Shown piece by piece: positions 1-8,877 of a stretch of 64,000 bases of DNA. The notes beneath the pieces are model-generated. The model worked only from the letters and a program-made list of their open reading frames with translations, made no database searches and was not told where the DNA came from. Made by a program: the position numbers and the translations under genes. Source of the stretch: a virus; IMG/VR virus record IMGVR_UViG_3300046516_001541, positions 1 to 64,000 of that record; one strand, 5' to 3'. Positions within the stretch are counted from its first letter, which is position 1. Each line of letters starts with the position of its first letter.

Positions 1-176
1 TGGCTTTGTTGTCATGGATAGCGCCTCCCATGTCGACCGAGGCGAAGACTCGTCAACCATTGAGCGCGCGTGCGTGCGCGTTCCCGCAGGATCTCGTTCC
101 ACGATGGACGATGTCTCCAATGGGCATTACCGGTGTCTCCCATGATTTGATGTCCTCTATTTCGGAAAGATACTGA

Positions 177-431
177 TCAGACGCTGGCAGACAGCGCGCT
201 CTCGACGCCGTCCGACTGGTAGCTGGTGACGCGGTAATACCAGCGTCCGCCCCCATCGATGAGGGTGACATACAGATCCGTTTTGTTCGGATCCGGAATC
301 TCTGCTACCAGACCCATGACATGAGCATATGGTGATCGAGCGCGATAGAGTCGATAACCGGCGATGTCAGTCATTGGCGAGCCGTCCGTGCGCAGAACAG
401 GACGATCCCAACGCAAGGTTCCTGCCATCAT
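177..431 (-). CDS. Stand-alone fibronectin type III-like domain protein
   Basis: MMAGTLRWDRPVLRTDGSPMTDIAGYRLY...WYYRVTSYQSDGVESALS matches the FN3 W-xx-P / GY-x-(L/I)Y / Y-x-V-T...G-x-ES pattern. The ATG at 431 overlaps the stop of the upstream gene. Confidence 0.7.
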   Translation of the reverse strand: MMAGTLRWDRPVLRTDGSPMTDIAGYRLYRARSPYAHVMGLVAEIPDPNKTDLYVTLIDGGGRWYYRVTSYQSDGVESALSASV

Positions 432-760
432 TTCGGAAATACCGCGAGCCGCGGCAGCGAGTCTCGATCGAGGAAACGCTCCATACTGATGTGAGCGCAG
501 CCTTCGACCTTGAATTTCTGGCCTTTCGGCGCCGGACAGATGGTGACCTCTTTGCCGTCGCGGGCCCAACAACTGGCTTGATAACCGACGCTGATGAAAT
601 AGGCATTCTTCCAGCCGTATTGCTCGACGGCCTTGCACGTGCCGGTCGCGACGTCGCTCAGCACGTACATCACGGGACCGGTGTCGTACACCGCGAAGAT
701 GCGAGCCTGGGCGGCGATGGGCAGGAGGGCCGCGGCGGCGAAGACGACAAGACGTTTCAT
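428..760 (-). CDS. Small secreted protein (signal peptide, 4 Cys)
   Basis: MKRLVVFAAAALLPIAAQA is a Sec-type signal. AAGGA SD is present, and it is the first gene after the operator-promoter at 791-819. Confidence 0.7.
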   Translation of the reverse strand: MKRLVVFAAAALLPIAAQARIFAVYDTGPVMYVLSDVATGTCKAVEQYGWKNAYFISVGYQASCWARDGKEVTICPAPKGQKFKVEGCAHISMERFLDRDSLPRLAVFPK

Positions 761-790
761 GACAGAGGTTCCTTGGTAGCAATAGAGCGC

Positions 791-819
791 ATTCTACGCA
801 TTACTGCGTAGATAACAAG
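791..819 (-). promoter_or_regulatory. Early promoter with palindromic operator, copy 1
   Basis: Minus strand TTGTTA-16nt-TAGAAT. Palindrome TCTACGCA-ttac-TGCGTAGA at 793-812. Confidence 0.8.
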
Positions 820-823
820 TGCG

Positions 824-1198
824 CTATTTCACGGATTCGAAGGTGCCACTTGGATCATTTGCGAAAGCGACTGCGGACTCACGAGCCTTCTGCCGATCGT
901 CACCGATCCGACGCCGCAAGCCTTCGATATGGAGGCTATCCAGGCGGTACTTGCCGGCCTGCCGAAAGTTGTTCACGCGATACCAGAATTTGTGCACGCT
1001 ATCCGTCATTTTGTGGCACATCCTCCACACAGTGACGCCGCCTTCGAGCGCCGACAGTTCGGCGCACGCGCTGGCCAAATTCCCTTGAGCCTGCTCAATC
1101 AGCATCAGGGCGCGGTCGACGCGCATTTTCGCGGCTGCCTTGAGTTGCTCGGGTGTCAATACAACTTGAGTTGAATCGTTCAAAATTCTCTCCTGCAT
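824..1198 (-). CDS. Hypothetical phage protein
   Basis: 124 aa ORF in a tightly packed leftward run. Confidence 0.6.
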   Translation of the reverse strand: MQERILNDSTQVVLTPEQLKAAAKMRVDRALMLIEQAQGNLASACAELSALEGGVTVWRMCHKMTDSVHKFWYRVNNFRQAGKYRLDSLHIEGLRRRIGDDRQKARESAVAFANDPSGTFESVK

Positions 1199-1377
1199 TT
1201 GGCTATCGCGCGTTCAGCGGCGTTGATGCCGCGTTGACCGCCTAGGTAACTACGGGCCGCGGCTTTGTCGTGCGCCAGACCTTCAAAACCTTCGCTCGCA
1301 CAAGCGATCAAGGCTTTCAGTTCGGCTGCAGTCAACTTGATCAACTTTGAGCGCATACGATTCATCGTATCGTTCAC
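1180..1377 (-). CDS. Hypothetical phage protein
   Basis: 65 aa, overlaps neighbours, GAGG SD. Confidence 0.5.
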   Translation of the reverse strand: MNDTMNRMRSKLIKLTAAELKALIACASEGFEGLAHDKAAARSYLGGQRGINAAERAIAKCRREF

Positions 1378-1580
1378 AAACCTCTTCCATGTTTCCAGGG
1401 TGTGCTATCTGCACGGCACCACGGGCATTGCGTGATGACAGCACCGTTGCAGCGGATCAGATTGTTGATCTGCGGATACGATGTGCCGCAAGTAACACAC
1501 GTATGATGAATGTCAGGTCCCGCTACGCCGAGCCGAAGTCCCCAGCCCGACTGCAACATCAATTGTCCGGCGATATTCAT
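1374..1580 (-). CDS. Zn-ribbon protein
   Basis: CVTC...CPWC pairs; start inferred at MNIAGQ. Confidence 0.45.
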   Translation of the reverse strand: MNIAGQLMLQSGWGLRLGVAGPDIHHTCVTCGTSYPQINNLIRCNGAVITQCPWCRADSTPWKHGRGL

Positions 1581-1755
1581 CGAATGGCACCGTTGGTGGC
1601 GTCGATCGCGGCGTAAAGGAACGCCTGATAGCGAGCGATCCAAATCCGGCAGAGGTCGCGGCGCTCCGCGTTTTTCTCGCGAATCGCGCGGGTCAACTCG
1701 TCGATCCAGTAGTTGAGACTGGCCTGCAGCGAAACAATTGTGGGTAGCGCGTGCA

Positions 1756-2001
1756 TCAGCCGGCCTGCCGGCGGAACTGGTAGGTCGACTCGATCGGCAT
1801 CGGGGCTGCGAAGACCAGCGCCGCAATCAGGTCACTCTTGCGACCGTGGGAGGCAGCGCGCGCGGCAATCGCGGCTTTCACTTCGAGGTCCGCAGCGCGC
1901 TGGGACAATGCCATCTGCACAATGGGATCATTGGCGATACCCTGGCAGGCTGTGGCGTGGGCCGCGGCTCGGGACTGGACGAATTCTTGCTCGGTCATCA
2001 T
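1756..2001 (-). CDS. Hypothetical early protein
   Basis: Start MMTEQEF with a GGAG SD, just downstream of operator-promoter copy 2. Confidence 0.6.
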   Translation of the reverse strand: MMTEQEFVQSRAAAHATACQGIANDPIVQMALSQRAADLEVKAAIAARAASHGRKSDLIAALVFAAPMPIESTYQFRRQAG

Positions 2002-2030
2002 TGCGTTCGACTCCGTATTCAGTGATGAGG

Positions 2031-2058
2031 AGTCTACGCAAATCTGCGGATTAGTGAA
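2031..2058 (-). promoter_or_regulatory. Early promoter with operator, copy 2 (degenerate)
   Basis: Minus strand TTCACT-16nt-TAGACT. TCTACGCA-aatc-TGCGGATT at 2033-2052. Confidence 0.7.
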
Positions 2059-2075
2059 GTGATGGAGATCACAAA

Positions 2076-2276
2076 TCAGCACGGGAGTGCCTTCCCGACC
2101 TCGATCGCCTTGTCGACCGCTGCTTCGCCGACGATTGCATACTTTGCAAGCGCATCGTAATCACCCTCCAACAGTTGATAACCGGAATGGACGGCAAATT
2201 CGTCAAAAATTTGACGTTTGATCACAAGATTGTGGCCTTCATTTTCGGTTATGAACCAAGCTCCGTACGTTTTCAT
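2076..2276 (-). CDS. Hypothetical protein
   Basis: 66 aa, start overlaps the stop of the upstream gene. Confidence 0.55.
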   Translation of the reverse strand: MKTYGAWFITENEGHNLVIKRQIFDEFAVHSGYQLLEGDYDALAKYAIVGEAAVDKAIEVGKALPC

Positions 2277-2590
2277 AAGTTGGATCCGGCTCCGTGATTC
2301 TTACCGCCGCACGAGCATTCGCAGTTGTGGCCTTTGGCGTTCAGGCAACGCGCGTCACACTTGTGCAGCGACGGGTTTTTCTTGAAGTAGATGACGCGGT
2401 CGACCGGCTGCGAACCGGTACCGTCGAATTTGTAGGGCACGTCAGCCGCGAAGCCGATCAGCTTGCTGAAACTGTCATCGCGCAGACCTTTGACGCCTGG
2501 AAACAGCGCGGCAAAACGTTCGTTGCGGACCGTCGCGCGGCGCAGCTCGGTGCCATCGGCGGCGAAGTAGATTGTGCGTGCGGTGGCCAT
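2273..2590 (-). CDS. Cys-rich phage protein (C-D-x-R-C...C-E-C-S-C-G-G-x-N-H-G)
   Basis: C-terminal KCDARCLNAKGHNCECSCGGKNHG metal-binding motif, common in phage small proteins. Confidence 0.7.
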   Translation of the reverse strand: MATARTIYFAADGTELRRATVRNERFAALFPGVKGLRDDSFSKLIGFAADVPYKFDGTGSQPVDRVIYFKKNPSLHKCDARCLNAKGHNCECSCGGKNHGAGSNL

Positions 2591-2593
2591 GTT

Positions 2594-2788
2594 CTACAGC
2601 CGTCCTACTTTGTGGGACGGCATACCGCCATCAATCTGAGGCACTACCAACACGTTGCTGATGCCAGCCTTGCGATCAGCGATTTCCTTCACCATTACAT
2701 CGTTACCGTTGCCTTCGGTCACAAAGGCTTCAAGTTGGGCCAGCGTGTAACTGGGATACTTGCGATTCGATTTGTGTGCTGCGTCCAT
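2594..2788 (-). CDS. Hypothetical early protein
   Basis: 64 aa, first gene after operator-promoter copy 3. Confidence 0.6.
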   Translation of the reverse strand: MDAAHKSNRKYPSYTLAQLEAFVTEGNGNDVMVKEIADRKAGISNVLVVPQIDGGMPSHKVGRL

Positions 2789-2830
2789 CTTCGTTTTTTC
2801 CGGTTTCCGTTGCGTGATTCAGTGATTTGT

Positions 2831-2858
2831 ATTCTACGCAGTTCTGCGTAGACCGCAA
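2831..2858 (-). promoter_or_regulatory. Early promoter with operator, copy 3
   Basis: Minus strand TTGCGG-16nt-TAGAAT. TCTACGCA-gttc-TGCGTAGA at 2833-2852. Confidence 0.8.
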
Positions 2859-2875
2859 ATGAACGAAGTCACAGT

Positions 2876-3118
2876 TCACATCAAAACGTACCGAGACATG
2901 GAATTCTGCTCGACGTCCTGCCACGCGCGGACCGCAGCCATCCATGCCGCGTGAAACTCCATATACGAATCGCCAACGCAATCCGGATCGGTCGTAGCGA
3001 AGTCCCAGGTAGCCTTCGCGAAGGCAATGGACTTGTCGGCTTCGACCATGCGAGCTGCTTTCTGGCGGCGGATGCGGCGAATGATCTTCTCGGCTGCGGT
3101 CATCATGGTCGGTCTCAC
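2876..3118 (-). CDS. Hypothetical early protein
   Basis: 80 aa ORF between promoter copies 4 and 3. Confidence 0.55.
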   Translation of the reverse strand: MRPTMMTAAEKIIRRIRRQKAARMVEADKSIAFAKATWDFATTDPDCVGDSYMEFHAAWMAAVRAWQDVEQNSMSRYVLM

Positions 3119-3141
3119 TCAATGCGTTGTCGTTGAGGAGC

Positions 3142-3169
3142 AGTATACGCAAATTTGCGTAGATAACAA
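3142..3169 (-). promoter_or_regulatory. Early promoter with operator, copy 4
   Basis: Minus strand TTGTTA-16nt-TATACT. TATACGCA-aatt-TGCGTAGA at 3144-3163. Confidence 0.8.
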
Positions 3170-3179
3170 GCGTTCCAGT

Positions 3180-3551
3180 TCACAGTTCCGATTGCGGCAT
3201 AGAGGCTCCGCTCGGTTGCTCTTCGGCGCCTGCGATGGGATCAATTTGATAACCGGACAAATCAACTCCTTGCGCCAGATCCGGGAATAGCCGGACTGCC
3301 TGTATTGCGCATGTACCGCCCTCCTCTTCCTGCGCATCAGCGGGAACGGTAGCCCATGCGTTGCTACCTGACTCCTGAAAATGATCCAGGGCCATGCGCA
3401 TAGCTTTTTGACGGCTCGTGGGCAAAGCTTTGTCGAAATTGACTCTGTAATAGATCATCGCGTTGATGATGTCGAAGATGTCGATATGAGCCGGTACGCG
3501 GAGGGTGCACCGATAGAGACCGTCTTTACGCTTCGTTGGTTTGATGCGCAT
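3180..3551 (-). CDS. Hypothetical protein
   Basis: Start inferred at MRIKPTKRK within the 146 aa ORF. Confidence 0.55.
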   Translation of the reverse strand: MRIKPTKRKDGLYRCTLRVPAHIDIFDIINAMIYYRVNFDKALPTSRQKAMRMALDHFQESGSNAWATVPADAQEEEGGTCAIQAVRLFPDLAQGVDLSGYQIDPIAGAEEQPSGASMPQSEL

Positions 3552-3576
3552 GATTTGCAAATAGGCTAACTGCGAC

Positions 3577-3777
3577 TCATAACGTCTTCCAACGCCTGGA
3601 CAGGTCGATGATTTCAACATCGAACTGGATAGCCACTATTTCGATATCGGCATCTGTAACTGGATTAGCGGCGCTTCGGTTGAGCAAATCCCTTAGCGCA
3701 TCAATCAACTTGTATTGATATGCGAGCCGTTTATCAGCGGCTAACCGTTGCCGAGCACTTTTGTGGGTGGCAGCCAT
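3577..3777 (-). CDS. Hypothetical protein
   Basis: 66 aa ORF. Confidence 0.5.
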   Translation of the reverse strand: MAATHKSARQRLAADKRLAYQYKLIDALRDLLNRSAANPVTDADIEIVAIQFDVEIIDLSRRWKTL

Positions 3778-3915
3778 TGGCCCATCACTTCCACAACAGC
3801 CGGCTGTAGGTCGGCAGGCGCGCGGCCAGGCGCGCTTCCATGACGGCAGCGATCAGAGAGATACGAATTTCAGTGCTCATGTCGGCGGTTCCCAAGTTGA
3901 TTTAACGTGGGGTCA

Positions 3916-3943
3916 ATTCTACGCAAATCTGCGTATATAACAA
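3916..3943 (-). promoter_or_regulatory. Early promoter with operator, copy 5
   Basis: Minus strand TTGTTA-16nt-TAGAAT. TCTACGCA-aatc-TGCGTATA at 3918-3937. Confidence 0.8.
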
Positions 3944-3961
3944 GCGAACCACTTCACAGTT

Positions 3962-4264
3962 CTAACCGGCTATTTGCACAGCTTCCGCGAAAGTCTCCGG
4001 CCGCTGGGCTTCCGGATCCAATGCCTGGATGATCTGCTTGAGCAGCAAACAGGGATCGATCTCCATTCCATCGCATATTTTGCAGTAAAGCAGGACCGAT
4101 GGGGCTCGTTCACCACGCTCGACTTTGTAAATTGAACCCTGATGTACGCCAGCCAGCCTAGCCAATCCAGGGCGGCTCAATTTCTTGTCTTTCCGCGCGG
4201 TCTGCATGACTCGACCAACAATTTTGCTCTGCACTCTTTTGACCGGGTCTCGGCTCATTCGCAT
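3962..4264 (-). CDS. XRE/Cro-C1 family HTH regulator
   Basis: ARKDKKLSRPGLARLAGVHQGSIYKVERGERAPSV is a classic HTH_3 signature; start inferred. Confidence 0.85.
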   Translation of the reverse strand: MRMSRDPVKRVQSKIVGRVMQTARKDKKLSRPGLARLAGVHQGSIYKVERGERAPSVLLYCKICDGMEIDPCLLLKQIIQALDPEAQRPETFAEAVQIAG

Positions 4265-4419
4265 TTGGATGAATTCCGCATAGATGAAATAGACATGGCG
4301 CGCGATGTAGCCAATCGAGACCGAACGACACCGACTGGCGTAGTGCTCCAAACAGGCAGCCGGGGTGACTGCCACGGTTCGCGTCTCCTCTCTACATCGC
4401 CGCCAAAGTTGAAATAGGT

Positions 4420-4635
4420 CTAACCGGACGCCGCGGACTCGGTCGGGCCGTCAGATGACGCCAATGCTTCCTGTTCTGCCTGAATGCGCAGGAAGATTTC
4501 CTCCCGGTGGACGGCTACATTCTGGGGCGCCGTGATGCCGATGCGCACTTGATTGCCTTTCACTCCCAGCACCATGACGCTGACGTCTGGCCCAATTCTC
4601 AGTATCTCGCCGACTCTTCTCGTCAAGATGAGCAT
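4420..4635 (-). CDS. csrA: Carbon storage regulator CsrA/RsmA
   Basis: [10 protein letters not shown]...IG...[24 protein letters not shown] is the canonical CsrA sequence. Confidence 0.97.
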   Translation of the reverse strand: MLILTRRVGEILRIGPDVSVMVLGVKGNQVRIGITAPQNVAVHREEIFLRIQAEQEALASSDGPTESAASG

Positions 4636-4765
4636 GTTTGTTCCCTTCCATAGTGGATAACAGTCAGCCCGACTTAATCATATTTGATGTAGCTCGTCAA
4701 CCAGATTGCATGATTTAACAGTAACGGTCCGACCGGGAACCTTCGTCTATTCGTGACGGATTAGA

Positions 4766-5398
4766 TTGTGTCTCATTCTTGAGACTGGCAGACTCGCCAT
4801 CCAGCGCGCACATCATCACGACTCTAAGGTTTTCAAGCGCAGCAGCACAAAAACCTTTCCCGGGCGGCCGACATTGGTCTATTCGAACCTCATCGAAGGT
4901 AGTTCGACTCCTTTCTTCCGATGCGACCGATTGCTCGCCACCATCAGCGTCAATCAGTGCAGTTCCATGTGGCTCGCAGCAAACGAGCGCAATTCGGAGA
5001 TTCGTCGTCAGTGCCGCGGCTGCCGCCTGGGCGCCGAGCATGCCGACCGCCCCGATGCCAACCTGTGCGATATCCATGGTGTGAAAATCTGCGCGCGATG
5101 CCAGAACGAGGCCTCGCGGCTGATCTGGGGCAATCTGTGTATCAGCTGTCAAAATAGACAGTATGAATTCGTGCGAGGTCGCAACGCGCGCGGCAAGCCG
5201 CTGATCAAATTGCGACCGCTCGAGCCGCGCCAGGTTACGGTCCGCGAAGGCTCGGCGGTGCGTGTCTATCGCTCGCCTCTCTCATCCAGCGTCGACGAGC
5301 TCCTCGTGGGCACGCTACGCGACGCCGCAAAGCGAGTGGCCTTCGGGTTCATCGGGTTCGCGCAGCGCTCCTTTTTGCGTCAGCAGTGTTTGTTCTGA
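4766..5398 (+). CDS. Multi-CxxC Zn-finger protein (candidate regulator); true start probably downstream
   Basis: CRGC, CARC and CISC motifs; divergent from csrA. Confidence 0.65.
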   Translation: MCLILETGRLAIQRAHHHDSKVFKRSSTKTFPGRPTLVYSNLIEGSSTPFFRCDRLLATISVNQCSSMWLAANERNSEIRRQCRGCRLGAEHADRPDANLCDIHGVKICARCQNEASRLIWGNLCISCQNRQYEFVRGRNARGKPLIKLRPLEPRQVTVREGSAVRVYRSPLSSSVDELLVGTLRDAAKRVAFGFIGFAQRSFLRQQCLF

Positions 5399-5410
5399 CA
5401 GGAGATTGAT

Positions 5411-5641
5411 ATGCCGTCATCGGATCGAGAGACGATCGTCTTCTACCGGCAGGATGATCCGCATGTCTTTCTGCCGCCGATACAGTCCGCGTCTCTCGAT
5501 GATGAGATGGAGAAGACCTATGACTCACTGCCGCGGGTCGTCCGTGTGCTCGTCCATTGGCGATTTCAAATCCGCTACCGCCTCGGCCTGGAACGGCTGA
5601 GCACCACTCTTCCCGTTTCGTCCGAAGGTGCCTCTCCATGA
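5411..5641 (+). CDS. Hypothetical protein
   Basis: Strong AGGAG SD; ATGA overlap with the next gene. Confidence 0.6.
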   Translation: MPSSDRETIVFYRQDDPHVFLPPIQSASLDDEMEKTYDSLPRVVRVLVHWRFQIRYRLGLERLSTTLPVSSEGASP

Positions 5642-6372
5642 AAACCTGTCTTTACATATTGTTCGTTGCTCTGGCCGCTGCCGTCATGGCGGTCATTCCA
5701 CATCCCGCCGTTGCCCAAACGGTATTACTCACGCCAGACGTGCTCGTCTGCCCGGTCCCGCTGTGGCCCGCGCCCAGAGCAGCCTGTCCCAAACCGGCGA
5801 TTTTCAATCCCATTGCGACGGCCATGGCAGCGACGTATGCGGCAGGATCGGCCAACAAAACCGCTCCCATCTGGAATCACACTTACAGTGGCTATACGGC
5901 CACGGACGTACTGATCGCCTGCCCTGCGGGCGCGCAAGTCTCCGCAGACAGCACGAAGTGCATTTCCGGGGGAGCGGATGCGTCCGCGTTGGTCGTGAAG
6001 TCACAGATACCGGCTTTCATGTTGAAAGCCTCGCAACCGGTCATCCCGCCGATAGTGCCGCCGCCGGCCATTCCGGCGACGAAGGACTATTCCTTTTCGT
6101 GGGGCCCGCCGCTGACCAACTTGGACGGTACGGTGCTCACAAATCTGACCGGCTATTTGATTTCGAACGCTACCAGTAGTATCGGACCGTTTCTGACGTG
6201 GAACATGGTTGGCAGCGGCGTGACCACGTACACCTACAAGGCGCTGTCGACGGCTATCCCGCAATGCTTTGCGATCGCCGGATTCAGCTCCTCAAACGGT
6301 GCCGGCGCTCCGCTCGTGTTCTGTCAACCCAGCCTCATGACCGCTCCGGGCCCCGTCACCAAGGTAAATTGA
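5638..6372 (+). CDS. Secreted Cys-paired protein with C-terminal FN3-like domain
   Basis: Signal MKTCLYILFVALAAAVMAV...AVA, a Pro-rich linker, then SWGPPLTNLDGTVLTNLTGYLI. Confidence 0.7.
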   Translation: MKTCLYILFVALAAAVMAVIPHPAVAQTVLLTPDVLVCPVPLWPAPRAACPKPAIFNPIATAMAATYAAGSANKTAPIWNHTYSGYTATDVLIACPAGAQVSADSTKCISGGADASALVVKSQIPAFMLKASQPVIPPIVPPPAIPATKDYSFSWGPPLTNLDGTVLTNLTGYLISNATSSIGPFLTWNMVGSGVTTYTYKALSTAIPQCFAIAGFSSSNGAGAPLVFCQPSLMTAPGPVTKVN

Positions 6373-6890
6373 TGATCACGCTGCAATATATTGGCGGGAA
6401 CAATCTGACCTCGCGCGCGATCGGCTGGTTCAGCGCGGGGCATCTATCGCACGTCGACGTCGTCATGCCGACTGGGGCATTGCTGGGCGCACGTTCAGAG
6501 ACCTATCACAACCGAGCAGGGGACATCTCTCTCTCGATTCCGCCAGGCGTGCGCATTCGGCCGGCGAACTATGTGGGCCATCCGAAAACCGTGGTCCGAT
6601 TTTCCATTGCGGCCACGGAAGATCAGGAAAGGATATTTTACGACTTCCTGAGCCGACAATTGGGTCGACCCTACGATTATGAGGCCATTCTGGGCTTCGT
6701 CTTCGACCGTGATTGGCGCGAAACCGACAGCTGGATTTGTTCTGAGCTCGTCATGGCCGCGCTGGAAAAGGCCGGAATCATTCCGGGGCTCTATCTCCCC
6801 GCGAACCGAATCACTCCGGTCGCTTCCGCGCTGGCAATCAGCATGATCTGCAACGGTCTCACGGTCTCACGCAACTTAACCACTGCCTAG
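6372..6890 (+). CDS. Permuted papain-like (NlpC/P60, YiiX/YaeF-type) enzyme
   Basis: His (SHVDV) precedes LGRPYD and the catalytic WICSELV. Confidence 0.8.
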   Translation: MITLQYIGGNNLTSRAIGWFSAGHLSHVDVVMPTGALLGARSETYHNRAGDISLSIPPGVRIRPANYVGHPKTVVRFSIAATEDQERIFYDFLSRQLGRPYDYEAILGFVFDRDWRETDSWICSELVMAALEKAGIIPGLYLPANRITPVASALAISMICNGLTVSRNLTTA

Positions 6891-6906
6891 TCACGAGGGA
6901 ATCCCT

Positions 6907-7134
6907 ATGGTCGACGATCAAACGAGCACCATTCAGAGATTGACCGAGCAGCTCAGCAAGCTCACGGCGGTGCATGCTACGGTCCGCAAGCAATCTGAGA
7001 CGCGGCGCCTGGCGTTGCATGCTGCCGCTGATAGCCTGGAAGGACTTGCGCGCAATCCCAATCTCGTGGGCCAGAAATTCACGGATGCGCTCCTCAGCGT
7101 GGCTACGAATGCGCGCAAGTCTGCCGCCGGCTAA
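6907..7134 (+). CDS. Coiled-coil hypothetical protein
   Basis: 75 aa, GAGGGA SD. Confidence 0.55.
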   Translation: MVDDQTSTIQRLTEQLSKLTAVHATVRKQSETRRLALHAAADSLEGLARNPNLVGQKFTDALLSVATNARKSAAG

Positions 7135-7700
7135 AATAGTGCCTTCCATGATCGACATGAGCATGAAGCACGATTTGCCGATGCGGTATGGCAATTGTTT
7201 GTGTAGCTGTCATGTGGCCCCGACCACACCGCATGCGATTCCGTGCTGCAGCCCGCAGACCGAGCGCCTGATCGGTGAGTGCCCGCTCTGCGGCATGATC
7301 AACCAACATTCAGCGTTTTGCCCGAGAAACCGGACATGATAGACAGTCCGGTGATCAGCGGGCTGATGGTCATCATGGCGCTGCTCCCGCTGTTCGATGC
7401 CTTCGATCGGTTGTTTGCGCGGACCGCGATGCGTATTGATGGGAGTAATGGCGCGGTACTTTGGCCCGACCGCTGGATTGCCTGGGGCATCATCTACAAT
7501 GTGCAGTTGCTTCCCGGGCCACCGCGGGAAATACGATTTTTTCATCTGTATCTACCGATTCGGACGTGGGGTTTGATCAGCGCTCCCTGGACTCCTCCCA
7601 ATGCTCGCGTATATGGGCTGCGCGGTCACCGGCTGCAATGGATCGAACGTTGTACCGACAATCCTTATCTTGGCTGGCGCATTGAACCGAGTTTGAACTC

Positions 7701-8600
7701 ATGACACACACATACGCATTGTTGGAATTGAGCCAAGTCGCCTACGATGAAATTGCCGCAAAGCTCCGAACTGCCGGCTACGATCACGTGTTCGATAATG
7801 ATGAACCTGGCGCGACGATTGACATGCACGGCATCGGCGTGGAGCCGGATCCAAAAGCAGAGACCATGATCATCTTCGGCGTGAGATATTCGCTCTCACT
7901 GTTCCGCCACTTAGCATTCGCAACAATCGGCAGTACATTTCGCATCGTTGGGCGCAAAACCGATGTTGGCCAAACTACGGTTGATTTGCAGTCGCTTCCC
8001 GATCCGCATCCTGAGACTGGCTGGGTCATCGACAACGGCCGGCTGCCACCGGACACGCGATATCGATTCATGAACGAGGTCGGTCTCGTCGACTGGACCG
8101 GTGATCTCGATCAAGCGCTACGCTTCGCGCGGCGCATTGATGCGGAAAATTTCAGTAAGCAGGATGAAGAGGCATGGTGCATTACCAAACATCAATGGAT
8201 TCCGAAGGAGGCCACTCCTTCGGATGAAGTGCGAACCGCAATCAGCAACTCGATTGCACAATCAAAGGAGCCAAACATGTTTTTGACCATTTCCAAAACC
8301 GGCACGAAGACTGACGTCATCGAGCAGATTCAGGCCGAGACGACCAACGTTCCAGTCCCTCATCTCGAGACGGCGATTCGCAAAGCGATCGCTCAGCACG
8401 TAAAGGAATTCGCTGATCCTGGCGTTCCGGTCAGCGTCACGGCCTCGATTTCCGTGACCTACGGCGTTGCACTGGATACGGACGGAAAGGAAATCCCAGC
8501 GCACAAGGCCCATGAGAAGCATGCCGCCGCGGCGCCGGCCACCGCTGCGCAGGATGCGACCGCCCCGAAAGCCCCAGACGACGAGACCGGCGCATTCTGA
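7701..8600 (+). CDS. Mosaic hypothetical protein with probable internal start at 8277
   Basis: 299 aa ORF; in-frame AAGGAG-ccaaac-ATG at 8277. Confidence 0.65.
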   Translation: MTHTYALLELSQVAYDEIAAKLRTAGYDHVFDNDEPGATIDMHGIGVEPDPKAETMIIFGVRYSLSLFRHLAFATIGSTFRIVGRKTDVGQTTVDLQSLPDPHPETGWVIDNGRLPPDTRYRFMNEVGLVDWTGDLDQALRFARRIDAENFSKQDEEAWCITKHQWIPKEATPSDEVRTAISNSIAQSKEPNMFLTISKTGTKTDVIEQIQAETTNVPVPHLETAIRKAIAQHVKEFADPGVPVSVTASISVTYGVALDTDGKEIPAHKAHEKHAAAAPATAAQDATAPKAPDDETGAF

Positions 8601-8613
8601 CACCAAGGGTGCT

Positions 8614-8877
8614 ATGGCGAATCCGGATCCCGTCTGGCGACTCGAGCCACATTGTTGCCGTGTTTGTTTTGGACGCATTCTAAGTCGACCGCACGGCACG
8701 CCAGTGCTGCGCATCTTCCGATGCGCTGACTGCGGGCTCGAAAAGGAGGGTCATCAAGCGAGCGCATTGTGCGCGTGCGGCGTCAAGTTGAATGCGCGCA
8801 ATGCGTCAATCCGGTGTCAGTTGAACGATCGACCGACACCAGAATTCCCGTTCGAGATTTGCGCGCGCCAGGCGTGA
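8614..8877 (+). CDS. Cys-rich Zn-finger protein
   Basis: HCCRVC, CADC and CAC motifs; start at MANPDP. Confidence 0.65.
   Translation: MANPDPVWRLEPHCCRVCFGRILSRPHGTPVLRIFRCADCGLEKEGHQASALCACGVKLNARNASIRCQLNDRPTPEFPFEICARQA

Noticed and set aside
791-3962. Repeated palindromes as a CRISPR array or integron attC sites
   Set aside because: Spacing is irregular (0.3-1.2 kb), the units coincide with -35/-10 promoter elements, and no cas or integron integrase gene is present.
6189-6205. Second parS-like site (…ACGTGGAACA)
   Set aside because: Only the right half matches, and it lies inside a coding region.
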